This document shows positions 53,383 to 63,173 of a DNA stretch of 64,000 nt, piece after piece. Position 1 is the first letter of the stretch; each line of letters starts with the position of its first letter. Source of the stretch: an uncultured bacterium (GTDB lineage: Bacteria > Acidobacteriota > Aminicenantia > Aminicenantales > Saccharicenantaceae); NCBI GenBank assembly GCA_963805015.1, contig CAWDSL010000030.1, positions 6,258 through 70,257 on the forward strand, read 5' to 3'. A program made the translations under genes and the position numbers. The notes under the pieces were generated by a model that did no database searches, had not been told where the DNA came from, and saw only the letters and a list, made by a program, of their open reading frames with translations.

Positions 53383-53410
53383 TCCGCGAACCGGCCTCCG
53401 GCGCTCTCCC

Positions 53411-53674
53411 TCATTCGTAGTGCGTCCACATCCTGATGACCTTGACCGTTTTGATATCGGGCAGAACCTGGTAGACGAGACGGTGTTGGATGTTTATGCG
53501 CCGCGAATAGGCGCCGGCGAGGTCCCCCATGAGCTTTTCGAAGGGCGGGGGATCCTGGAAAGGATCTTCGGTCAGGATATCGAGCAGTATCTCCGCCTTG
53601 GGGCGCAGACCCGAAGCCGTCAGCTTCTTGGCGTCGCGCTGGGCCTGTCGCGTAAAGACGAGCTTCCAGCTCAC
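53411..53674 (-). CDS. yoeB: YoeB/Txe-family toxin
   Basis: MSWKLVFTRQAQRD...PPPFEKLMGDLAGAYSRRINIQHRLVYQV...MWTHYE; GTGA overlap. Confidence 0.95.
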   Translation of the reverse strand: MSWKLVFTRQAQRDAKKLTASGLRPKAEILLDILTEDPFQDPPPFEKLMGDLAGAYSRRINIQHRLVYQVLPDIKTVKVIRMWTHYE

Positions 53675-53913
53675 CACTCGAGCTCGGACCGGCATTTGCC
53701 GACGGGTTCCTTCAGGCCCTTGAGAATGGACTCGCGCATCCCCGGGATCGAGACGAGGAAGAGCGTTTCCTGGATGGAGCGCCAGTCGTCCTCGGAGACG
53801 AGGACGGCGTTGGCCCTCTTCCCCGTGATCTGGATGGGCTCGTGGGACGCCGCGGCCTGGTCGAGGAGCTTGTAGAGCTTGGCCCGGGCCTTGCTGGCCG
53901 TCAACGTCGTCAT
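53671..53913 (-). CDS. yefM: YefM/Phd-family antitoxin
   Basis: MTTLTASKARAKLYKLLDQ...PIQITGKRANAVLVSEDDWRSIQETLFL.SIPGM. Confidence 0.95.
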   Translation of the reverse strand: MTTLTASKARAKLYKLLDQAAASHEPIQITGKRANAVLVSEDDWRSIQETLFLVSIPGMRESILKGLKEPVGKCRSELEW

Positions 53914-53932
53914 CGCGGTGACCTCAGCCGAA

Positions 53933-53961
53933 AGCGTACCAAAAAGCGTACGTTCAGTCAA
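53933..53961 (-). promoter_or_regulatory. yefM-yoeB promoter with two GTAC operator cores 12 bp apart
   Basis: TTGACT-N17-TACGCT; GTAC at 53936 and 53948, resembling the paired TGTACA boxes of the E. coli yefM-yoeB operator. Confidence 0.7.
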
Positions 53962-54117
53962 GCGCGGCGCCTCGACGGGCTCCGTCCATCCCCATGAGGA
54001 CCTCCAGATCGCTCGCGTTCTACTTATCAGACGGCTCTCGGGGACGGCCACTTCTCAGCGTATGGCCGCACAAGCCGCTCTCAAACCGACTAAACTCTAA
54101 AGCCTGGAGGAAGAACC

Positions 54118-54888
54118 ATGCCCAGAGAGTCCGGCCGATCGCGTGCCTGTGCGCGTGCTCTCGTTCTTGCGGCCTGTAATTCCGGACCGTCGTCGTCCGG
54201 CCCTGATAAATCCACGGTCCTCGAGCGTAAAGCCGAGTTCCTCGAAGAGCTCGTGAGCCGGCGCGGCCCTGCGGCCAGGACCTGGAGCGAGCTCGAGGCG
54301 GCCGCTCCCGAGCGGCTCTGGCCGACCGAGGTCGTCTGGAAGGACGGCGAGGTCAAGATCACGGGAAGCGCCCTTTCCTACGAACTCCTGGCCGACTTCA
54401 TCTCGCGCCTCGAGGAAGGCTCCCGCTTGACGGATGTGGATCTCCGGTCGTCCGTTCAGAAGAAGGGCCGGGCCGGGGACTACTACGAATTCACTGTCAC
54501 GGCCCGCGCGGCAGGCGATGGGGAAGCCCGGCCCTCCCGGGGGTCCGCCCCGACGGAGGCGCGCCTGGCCGAGCTCGAACTAGCCCTCTCGGAACGCCCC
54601 CAGACCGCCGACGGCCTCCGCGAGCTCCAGCGCCTCGCTTCGGACTCGGGCCTGCGGATGACCAAGTGCACGTTCGGGCAGGCGCTCACGGGCGAGTTCG
54701 CCGGCGAGCAGCCCGCCCTTATCGAGATCGAGGGGAGCCGCGGCGAGCTCGGCCGCTACCTCAGCGGCATGGTCGAACTGCCCCATTTCCGGTACGTGAA
54801 GGAGCTCCGCGTCAAGGCCGTCGATCCCCGGGACGCCCGTTCTCCCGTCAAGGCCTCGATGACGGCCCTAGCTTACTTTCCGAACTGA
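54118..54888 (+). CDS. PilN-like plus PilO-like fusion, putative lipoprotein
   Basis: LAAC lipobox; PERLWPTEV...VKITGSALSY..LADFISRLE..SRLTDVDL (PilN-like); LQRLASDSGL...IEIEGS..ELGRYL..MVELP (PilO-like). Confidence 0.65.
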   Translation: MPRESGRSRACARALVLAACNSGPSSSGPDKSTVLERKAEFLEELVSRRGPAARTWSELEAAAPERLWPTEVVWKDGEVKITGSALSYELLADFISRLEEGSRLTDVDLRSSVQKKGRAGDYYEFTVTARAAGDGEARPSRGSAPTEARLAELELALSERPQTADGLRELQRLASDSGLRMTKCTFGQALTGEFAGEQPALIEIEGSRGELGRYLSGMVELPHFRYVKELRVKAVDPRDARSPVKASMTALAYFPN

Positions 54889-54911
54889 GGCCCTCGGGCG
54901 GGCGCCCCGGC

Positions 54912-55395
54912 TCAGCCCTTACCCGGCGGGTCGGGCTGGGGCGAGAGCTTGATGAGCGCCTGGCGGTTGAAGATGCGGATCGAGGGAAACTCGATGACGG
55001 CGGGGAGCCAGGTCACTTCGTCGTCGATCTTGATGTAGTCCGTGGGCGGAGCCCCCTTGACGGCCTTCGCCACCGGCGCCTTGAGCACGCCGTTGGTGCC
55101 CGTGGCGATGAGCTTGCCCTTGGCGTCTCGGATGCCGCAGTCGCCGATGATCCCACAGTCCCCGAGGATGCCCGCGGCGCCCGGGCGCCGCCAGGGCCTT
55201 GGCCGCTTTCTTGAAGGACGTGATCGAGAAGACCGTGCCGTCGGGGGTGGTCAGCTTGAAGCTGCCCGGCCCGAGCTTCTCGCACTTCGTCCCCTTGGGG
55301 ATGGCCACGGACTTGCCCTCGGCCAGGGCCGTGCCCGCGACCGAGACGAGGAGCAGCGCTCCCACGACCAGAACCAGGAAGGCAGACCTCTTCAT
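54912..55395 (-). CDS. Small secreted protein ending LSPQPDPPGKG, one apparent +1 frameshift at ~55190
   Basis: Signal peptide; repaired frame ILGDCGIIGDCGIRDAKG...DYIKIDDEVTWLPA...LIKLSPQPDPPGKG, stop at 54912-14. Confidence 0.6.
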
Positions 55396-55587
55396 GAAAC
55401 CTCCTTCTCTGCTGCCGGCGAGATAACCCTTATGCTTACAATATGGGTCCGGAACGGGGACCTGTCAAGAGGCCGCCGGGCGGGCCAAGGGACCAGGGAG
55501 GCGGCTCGCTCGGGCGGGGGATTGACCCCTGGTCCGCGCTAGGCTACCATCATGCCGTCATCGCGCCGTCAATAGGAAGGGGTCGCC

Positions 55588-56385
55588 ATGAAACGCCTGA
55601 TCGGGCCGCTTTCCGCCGTGTTTCTCGGGATCTTAAGCGCCGCATCGTGCTCGAGGCCGGCCAAGCCGGTCGTCGTGAGCCAGGTCGTAGGGCCGATCGA
55701 GGTCGATAGCTATCTCCTTTACGACGCCAAGAGCGGGGAGGCCGCGCTCGTCGACGCGCCCGGCCCCATCGACCGGCTGGAGTCCGAGATCGGGGCGAAG
55801 GGGCTCTCGGTAAAATACATCTTCGTCACCCACGCCCACTGCGACCACGTCATCGGCCTGACGGCCCTCCGGCAGCGCTTCCCCGGGGCCAAGGTCTGCT
55901 TCTCCCGCGAGGAATACGAGGACATGCCCCTCTACGAGCGCTGGGAGGAGAAGCTCCCGCCCCAGGAAGTGGCGCGGATGAAGACCGCCCTGGGGCCGGG
56001 CGGGGATCCGGCCCTGGCCGCCCTGCTGACCCTCGATTTCGACAGCATCGGGAAGCCGGACATCTTCGTGTCCGACGGCCAGGTCTTCGAGCTGGGCGGC
56101 CTCGAGGTCCGGGCCATTCTCGCTCCGGGCCATTCCCGGGGCAGCGTGTGCTATCGGGCCGACGGCGTCCTGTTCTCGGGCGATGTCCTCTTCGCCGGGC
56201 AGGTCGGGCGGACCGATCTCATGGACGGCGGCAGGGAGGCCATCGTCAAGTCGGTGCGCCGCCTCTACGCCGAGCTTCCCGACGGCACGAAGGTCTATCC
56301 AGGCCACGGGCCCGCGACGACGATCGGCGCCGAAAAGAAGGGGAACGAGGAAGTCTCCGCGACTTCCATCGCTATCAAGAACTGA
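55588..56385 (+). CDS. MBL-fold metallo-hydrolase (glyoxalase II-like), lipoprotein
   Basis: THAHCDH, APGHSRGS, FSGDVLF, GRTDL, YPGHG. Confidence 0.92.
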   Translation: MKRLIGPLSAVFLGILSAASCSRPAKPVVVSQVVGPIEVDSYLLYDAKSGEAALVDAPGPIDRLESEIGAKGLSVKYIFVTHAHCDHVIGLTALRQRFPGAKVCFSREEYEDMPLYERWEEKLPPQEVARMKTALGPGGDPALAALLTLDFDSIGKPDIFVSDGQVFELGGLEVRAILAPGHSRGSVCYRADGVLFSGDVLFAGQVGRTDLMDGGREAIVKSVRRLYAELPDGTKVYPGHGPATTIGAEKKGNEEVSATSIAIKN

Positions 56386-56389
56386 GCTC

Positions 56390-57514
56390 TCAGAGCTTCC
56401 AGATGATCTTGTACCGCTTGAGGACGGGATTGCCGTCGTCGTCCTCCTCGGCCGCGTAGAGCCGGTCCTTGTGGATGAGCGGCTGCTTGTCCGGCACGGC
56501 GGCCCGGGCGATGTAGCGGCCTTCCGGATCGAAGACGTCGAGGTAGTAGCCTCGCCGCCCCGGCGGGCGCTCCCAGCACAGGACGTAGACGCGGCCGGCG
56601 TCGTCGGCGAGGAGATAGCGGAAGGCCGGGTAGTGCTTGGGGACCTTCATGTTCTGCAGGACGGCCGGAGGGGCGCCTTCCGTGCGTTCCTCGACGTCCT
56701 CCTTGGCGACGGCGACGGGATCCCGGTCCATTTCGATCCTGAGGACGAGCTTTCCCGCGGCGTCGTACCTGCGGAGCTCGCTCTTGACCGCGTAGCCGCA
56801 GACGACGCCGCCGTCCGGGAGGATGGCCCAGCGGACGATCGGGAAGAACGGATCGAACCCGTCCCTGGACGAGTTCGCGAGCGGGGACGACTCGAGCGCG
56901 TAGAGCGCCTTGAACCCGGCGTCGACCTTCCTCAGCTCGTAGCGCGGATTCTCCTCCTCCATCTGGAGTAGATAGACGTAGAAATTCCCCGCCGGATCCG
57001 GCCGGGCGTCGGCGAAGCTCATGGAGGCCACCGAGATGTCGCGGACATGCCGGCCGTCCGCCTTGAAGATGAGGACGCTCCGCCGGACGTCGACCACGGC
57101 CAGTCCGTCCGGATCCATCCAATGGATCGACATGGGCATGGTGTATTCCCCGGGGCCCTGGCCGGTCTTTCCGATCGAATGCAGGAACTTCCCCTCACGG
57201 TCGAAGGCTTTGACGGTCTTGTCCTTCTGGTCGAGAACGAAGATGGTCCCATCGGGGCCCACGGCGATCGAATTGATCGAGGCGAAGACGTAACCGGCAG
57301 CCCCCTCGCCTCCGATGGCCAGCTCCTCCACGAGGGAGAAAGCGCCGGCTCCGTAGACGGGCTTGGCGGGGTTCTTGACGACGACGACCTGGCCCTCTTT
57401 CTCGATGCGGCCCTTCCAGTCGGCCTGCTTCTGGGGAGAGGCCGGGCCGGCGAAGATGATGGCCGCCGCCAAAAGAAGGAAAATCGGACGTGCGGACGAA
57501 GGCGAAGCTCTCAT
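56390..57514 (-). CDS. Secreted 6-bladed beta-propeller protein
   Basis: Signal; WKGRIEKEG, IAVGPDGTIFVLD, GQGPGEY, DVFDPEGRYI. Confidence 0.8.
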   Translation of the reverse strand: MRASPSSARPIFLLLAAAIIFAGPASPQKQADWKGRIEKEGQVVVVKNPAKPVYGAGAFSLVEELAIGGEGAAGYVFASINSIAVGPDGTIFVLDQKDKTVKAFDREGKFLHSIGKTGQGPGEYTMPMSIHWMDPDGLAVVDVRRSVLIFKADGRHVRDISVASMSFADARPDPAGNFYVYLLQMEEENPRYELRKVDAGFKALYALESSPLANSSRDGFDPFFPIVRWAILPDGGVVCGYAVKSELRRYDAAGKLVLRIEMDRDPVAVAKEDVEERTEGAPPAVLQNMKVPKHYPAFRYLLADDAGRVYVLCWERPPGRRGYYLDVFDPEGRYIARAAVPDKQPLIHKDRLYAAEEDDDGNPVLKRYKIIWKL

Positions 57515-57620
57515 GGACACCTCCCCCGAGAACACGCGTTGCTTCCCTTTAATGATTATGGGCCGGCGCCCGGGGGCTGTCAAATGGGAGCGAGTCCAGG
57601 CTCGCCGGTCGGCGCCGGTC

Positions 57621-58853
57621 TTATCCCAGCGCCACTTCGCCGATCTTGATCTTGTCCCTGTCCGCGACGCCCAGTCCCAGGCTTGCGGCGAGGTCCAGGA
57701 AAGCGGCGCTCCGCCGCCTGGGATCGTCCACCTGCTGGGTGCCCCGGGCCATCCGCTCCTTGACGATGACGTCGTGGGCCACGGCGTCCACGGCCACGGG
57801 GTCGGTGCCGAGGAGCAGGAGGTTGGCGTCGTAGATGAACTTGGGATTGGCCCCGGGCCCGCCGTCGTAGCAGGCCTGGAGCCCGTCGACGACGTTGAGG
57901 ACGACCTTGTCCCGGAGCACGGGGAAGGCGCAGGGCTCGGCCACCGACTTCATCCAGAGCTTGTGCAGGCGCCCGGTGTTGCTGAGCGCGCCGTAGGACA
58001 GGTTCTTGAGGCAGCAGGTGGTCGTGGCCCCGGCGTTCTTGAGGATGGGGACGTTGACGATCTTGGTCACGACGTCCGTGACGATCTTGCTGAAGTAGGA
58101 GGCCTTGCCTTCGTTGATCATGTAGCCCAGGGTCTCCGCGTCGTACTTCTGCTCGACCTCGGCGACGTAGGGCAGGGCCTCCCGGTCGATGTTGTCCTTG
58201 GCCCAGAGCTCGCCCTTCTCGTCGTAGAACTTGCCGTTGGGGCCCATCATCTCCGTGCCCAGGATGCGGATGCCGGGGAAGCGCTCGGCCGTGAACCCGG
58301 CCTCCGTGAGCTGGAACAGGCGCCGGTCCCAGATGACGATGTTCTCCTTGCGGACGCCCGCCGCGAGCAGGCCCTCGATAATGGCGTCCACGACCTCGGG
58401 CTTGGTCGAGAGCAGCTTCTCCCCGATGGGATTGACCTTGATGCCGACGACGTCCTTGGGCCCGACGAACTGGCCCCAGGCCTTGCCCGGCTTCTTCTGT
58501 CCGGTGAGCTCGGCCATGCCGGCGGCGAGCTCTTTGCGCACCCGGGCCCCGTCGATGGGCTGCCCGACGGGGTTGGCCCCGGTCTTGACCCGGACCACCT
58601 TGCCCGGGTACTTCCCAGGCAGCGACCCCGCCACCCGGGGGATCGAGCGGACCTCGTCGATGTTGGTCTTGATGTCGGGAGGGGCGGCAGGCACCTTGCG
58701 GTCCTCGGGCTTATCCTGGCCTATCAGGCGGGGGGCGATGGCCGCCCCGGCCGCGGCGACCGCGGCGGAGCCCAAGAACTTGCGGCGTGAGAATTTATCC
58801 GAAGGACAAGCGTCTTTCTCTCCTGTGAGGGTCACGATGTCGTCTTTGCGCAT
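57621..58853 (-). CDS. DUF362 domain protein with Tat signal
   Basis: SRRKFL; DVVGIKVN, IVIWDR, IVNVPILK..G..T.CLKNLSYG, DPVAVD. Confidence 0.88.
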   Translation of the reverse strand: MRKDDIVTLTGEKDACPSDKFSRRKFLGSAAVAAAGAAIAPRLIGQDKPEDRKVPAAPPDIKTNIDEVRSIPRVAGSLPGKYPGKVVRVKTGANPVGQPIDGARVRKELAAGMAELTGQKKPGKAWGQFVGPKDVVGIKVNPIGEKLLSTKPEVVDAIIEGLLAAGVRKENIVIWDRRLFQLTEAGFTAERFPGIRILGTEMMGPNGKFYDEKGELWAKDNIDREALPYVAEVEQKYDAETLGYMINEGKASYFSKIVTDVVTKIVNVPILKNAGATTTCCLKNLSYGALSNTGRLHKLWMKSVAEPCAFPVLRDKVVLNVVDGLQACYDGGPGANPKFIYDANLLLLGTDPVAVDAVAHDVIVKERMARGTQQVDDPRRRSAAFLDLAASLGLGVADRDKIKIGEVALG

Positions 58854-58880
58854 GGGGGCCTCCTGGGGGTGGATGGGGGA

Positions 58881-58909
58881 AGTATAGGGGAGGGAGGGGG
58901 AAATGGCAA
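58881..58909 (-). promoter_or_regulatory. sigma70 promoter of the DUF362 gene within a G-run tract
   Basis: TTGCCA-N17-TATACT on the minus strand. Confidence 0.6.
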
Positions 58910-58992
58910 TGGAGGTTGGTTGATTCCTGGAAAAGTGGAACCTATAATCAACTAGATGGGAAGAACACTACAGTCTGGGGGAAACTTTAATC

Positions 58993-61834
58993 TTGGATAA
59001 AAGGGCCATTGCTTATTGGGGCGCTCTTTCGTTCTTCTTGAGCGTCTTTGCTTTGGACGCAAAGCAGAGTCCCGTGTCCTTTTTTGATGATATAGCAAAT
59101 TCAACTCGGCTATCAGCACAAGGCGAGCACATTAAAGCGCTCGCTCTGCTTAAGAATCGGCTTGAACTTACCCGTCTTGATCACGTGCCATTTGCCGAAC
59201 AAAAATGTCTGGTGAGACTGGCAATGCTTCAATGGGATATCGGAAATATTCCTGAGTCCCTTCTTTGCTTTCTTGATGCCAGAGAAGCTTATCGCAAAGT
59301 GAGCGATAGGCGGTCCGATGAATTCTGTTCTAAATGCATCGAGATTATCAGGCTCTATGCCCAAGCTAAAGAAGAGCGGATACGCCAGCATTATGATCTT
59401 TCGACAAGGTGGCTTGAGCGGGCGATCCAATTGGGGAGGGAGACCGGATTTCCGAATTTTTGAACTGAAATGCTTAAGGCAACTAGGCGCCAATTCGTGG
59501 GATAGAAACCAATTAGCCGATTTCTTTAGGTGCAACGCGGCTGGATTGAAATTAGCGGTGGATTTCAACAACAAAATCGAGGAGGGGCGATATCTGAATA
59601 ATATTGGGATCTATTATAAAAGGACCGGATATCTTTCGCACGCCGCACAATACCTAGAGAAGGCGCAGAAGATAGCCAGGCTCTCATGCGATAAGCCAAC
59701 CGAAGCGGAAAGTCTTAGCAATCTCGGACTGCTTTATCGTGATATTGGCGATAGCGGCAAAGCACGCTCTTTTCTATACAGCGCCTACTGTATCGATAAT
59801 GAAATCGGTGATTTGAAGGCGCTGGCCATTGATTTGGTTAATATGGCTGCCGTCTCACTAAGAAAGGGTATCGATGAAAAAAGTCAACAAGAGCTGATCG
59901 ATGCTTTGGATTTGTATCAACGAAGTTTGAATACAGATCGATTGGAGCCCTATTTCAAGTTCGTCGCTCTCAATAACAAAGGAGTCATACTCAACGAACA
60001 GGGTATGCATGTTGAAGCCCGTGACCATTTCCTGCGGGCTATTAAGGTCCTTGGCGAGAATGAGCATCTTCTGGAAAGATGCTCTGCGCGTAACAATATC
60101 GCCTCTACCTATCTGTATGAAAACGATTATAAGAACGCCTTAGATCATTTCCGGCTCGCTAGGGAAATGTGTATTACGGCTTTTCCATCCTATCCTTTGA
60201 TGGAATCATATGTAGGGATGGGCCAATGTTATGAGAACAGCCATGACAACACAGCGGCGCTTTTATGCTATCAAAACGCCATGGAAGTCCTGGGCGGGCA
60301 AATCGCCAAGATCTCCTCTGACATATTTATGATCGGCTATGCACGTAACAAGTACAACGCCTTCCATGCGATGATTAATATCCTTATCGAAGAGTCCGGC
60401 ACACGGCTCTCTCGGCCTGTATTTGCTAACTTGTTCAGCGCCATCGAAAAGGCAAAAGCTAAAGCATTCCTGGAGAAGCTACGAAGATCTACGAACAAGA
60501 GTCATCAAGGCGACCAACTAGATACGATAAGCAGAATAGGTACCAATCGCAAACTCGAAAACTATGAGGGCGAAGAAGAAAACAACCTCATGATGAGTCC
60601 TTCGGAAAATCCAATTCAATGGGAGTTTGATGGACGCACGAGTCCGGATCTCCTCCTCGAGGAAACGCAGAAGCGCTTGATCGACGATAAGACAATTGTA
60701 CTGGAATACTTCCTTGGAGACGATCGATCCTGCCTTCTTTCGATTTCTAAAGGAGCATTCCGATTGTATCTTTTGCCGGGCCAATCGGAGATATTTCGAT
60801 CAATACGAGGATTCCTAAAGACATTGTCCGACCCTGGTATCCAGGGTAGTTATGGCCAGGAGGCCAATGAGCGAATCGTTAGAACACTTCTTCCTTCGTC
60901 TCTTCTCGAGGAATTGAAGGGATATCATTCCCTCATTATCATGCCCGACGGAGTGCTCAATTATCTTCCTTTTGAGGCATTGCGCATTACCGATGGAAGG
61001 GACGAGCGTTTCTTGATTGAGACCTGGACGATATCGTATTGTCCTTCCGTATCGATCATGAAGACACTGCAAAATAGAAGGACCGGAGGGCGCAGGGACC
61101 AGCCGATCTTAGCGATCGGGGATATCCGATATGATCGAGACCCTGGCGGAAAAAGTAAAGTGGCCGGCGGCGGAAGCAGAGATGATCAAACGAATAGCTA
61201 TGGAGCCGGTGGCGGCGCATTACATGATTTGCCATTTAGTAAAAGGGAAGTCGCCACTATCACGGAGCTTTTCTCGAAAACGAGAGTCCGTGTATTGCTG
61301 GGACACGACGTAAATGAAAGGGCTGTTAAAAGTTTGCCATTAAGGGAATATGGAATAATTCATTTTGCCTGCCATGGGTATTACGACGAAATCGATCCTT
61401 TAATGACAGCGTTGATGTTAACATCTGGTCCGGCAGAGATAGAAGATGGTCTTCTACGAATAGAGGAGATCGAAGATTTGGATATTGGAGCCGACCTGGT
61501 TGTTTTGTCAACTTGCCGTTCCGGGAGGGGGTATCTCGAAAACGGCGAGGGACTCATTAATCTGGCTCGTCCATTCTTCTTCGCCGGTGCTCGTTCTGTA
61601 ATTGCATCCCTTTGGCCGATCAGTGACAAATCAACGGCGAGGTTTATGGGGGAATTCTATAGAGCTCTTAAAAACGGCCATAAGATCGGGGATGCTTTAA
61701 GGAACGCCAAAATCAGGATGATCCAGTCCTCTCTGGCTCATCCCTTTTTCTGGGCGGGCTTTGTGCTCCAGGGAAATCCGGTGATCTCGAAATCACGCGT
61801 CATCTCTGGGAACATCCCTAATCCTCTGTCATGA
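58993..61834 (+). CDS. Signal-peptide TPR-CHAT (caspase-like) protease, one apparent +1 frameshift in a T5 run (59457-59461)
   Basis: N-terminal hydrophobic signal; TPRs (EGRYLNNIG, AESLSNLG, ARNNIA); EKAKAKAFL; IIMPDGVLNYLPFEAL; IIHFACHG (His); LVVLSTCRSG (Cys); AGARSVIASLWPISD; HPFFWAGFVLQG. Confidence 0.92.
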
Positions 61835-62516
61835 CAAACCTGGCCAAATTAGATTCCTTGATATCATCGGCTCCAGAATAGGCCGTGACCATCCAAAAGT
61901 ATGCTTTTCCCGGCTGCAGTATTGACCGGGCTTCTTCTGAGAATTGAATTTGAGGAACTTCTGTTTTGCCGCTTGTCCAGACCGGCAGCAGAGCGTCATC
62001 AAAGAGCTCTAGGATATAATAGCGGGCCGAAGCGTAAGGGTTCCATCGAAAAATTAATTTATCTGTGATATTGTGCGAAACCGTCGGATATTCCAGAATG
62101 ATATCCATATTCTCTTCTCTGAACTGATATGAGACATAATTATGTTGCGTAATAACCAATATTGAAACGGCGATCATTAAGCAGCCGGCGATCAGCGACG
62201 AAACACGCGCAGTAAACAATTGCCGCGGACGATAATGAAGGGGACTTTTCAAAAAGCGTGAACTATGGTCCTCAGTACTCGATTCTTGCTTTGTTTGTTT
62301 GTCGTACTCCATGATCGTTATTAATAAATCGAAAGCTCCTCGACACTTGGGACATCCCGATATGTGGTCGACAATTTTAGTCTTCAAGCGATTCGATGCT
62401 GAAGGCGCGAATGAAGCGACCAATTCCTTTGAAGAAGGGCAATGGGTTTTAGACGAAGCATTTTGCGCGGGGATCTTCCGCAAGAGATCTAGGAGATCTT
62501 TATTGCTCATGTTCAT
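61818..62516 (-). CDS. ZAS (zf-HC2) anti-sigma factor with TM and extracytoplasmic Ig/FN3-like (DUF928-reminiscent) domain
   Basis: HCPS...HISGCPKC (HxxxCxxC); TM VSSLIAGCLMIAVSILVIT; FRWNP..ARYYILELFD...LQPGKAYFWMVTAY; overlaps the ECF stop. Confidence 0.8.
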   Translation of the reverse strand: MNMSNKDLLDLLRKIPAQNASSKTHCPSSKELVASFAPSASNRLKTKIVDHISGCPKCRGAFDLLITIMEYDKQTKQESSTEDHSSRFLKSPLHYRPRQLFTARVSSLIAGCLMIAVSILVITQHNYVSYQFREENMDIILEYPTVSHNITDKLIFRWNPYASARYYILELFDDALLPVWTSGKTEVPQIQFSEEARSILQPGKAYFWMVTAYSGADDIKESNLARFVMTED

Positions 62517-63045
62517 CGGGGATTCCTGCGTTGTGCAAATATTTGCGAATATCGGCCAAGCCTCTATAGAGCAAGTTACGGATCTTATCTTGGCTCATAT
62601 TGAGATAGCTGGCGATCTCACGAATATTCAGGTTTAGAAGATATAGTTTTACAACTCGCCGTCTGGACTTGATGAGATGTTCCACAGCGTTCCATAGAGC
62701 CTCTGACATAGCGCTTTTGCGGATAGCCTCGCCGTCGTAATATGACTTTGTTTCTGAGATATGGTTATGCTTTTCATGTCGGAGCAGTTCCTCTTCTCGT
62801 CGGTTCTTACGGAATTGGTCTATGATCGCCGTGTAAACGATCTTTTTAATATATGGCCCATGATTATGGATCACCCTATCCGTGCATATAATTTTCCATA
62901 TCCGGACTTTCACTTCTTGGACGACGTCCTCGGGATCTAAGCCGTATTTTGGAAGATTGTAATTATGAATAAGAGAGTTTATTAACCGATCGTAGCCATT
63001 AAGAATTCCGTGGAATTCTTCTTCCCTTTTTCGGCTAACGTCCAT
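62500..63045 (-). CDS. ECF-type RNA polymerase sigma factor
   Basis: PEDVVQEVKVRIW (region 2), YTAIIDQFRK, REIASYLNMSQDKIRNLLYRGL (region 4). Confidence 0.92.
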   Translation of the reverse strand: MDVSRKREEEFHGILNGYDRLINSLIHNYNLPKYGLDPEDVVQEVKVRIWKIICTDRVIHNHGPYIKKIVYTAIIDQFRKNRREEELLRHEKHNHISETKSYYDGEAIRKSAMSEALWNAVEHLIKSRRRVVKLYLLNLNIREIASYLNMSQDKIRNLLYRGLADIRKYLHNAGIPDEHEQ

Positions 63046-63150
63046 AGAAATTTCAGCAGCCTGAATGCATATGTTGTTATTCTATTAATATAGATGAAAT
63101 CAATGAAGGGGAATTCTCACTCGAGATTCTAAAAATTAGCTGGAAAGCTA

Positions 63151-63173
63151 GCATGTCCAGGTAATGGACATGC
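63151..63173. promoter_or_regulatory. 9-bp inverted repeat, operator candidate, in the divergent intergenic region
   Basis: GCATGTCCA-ggtaa-TGGACATGC. Confidence 0.5.
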
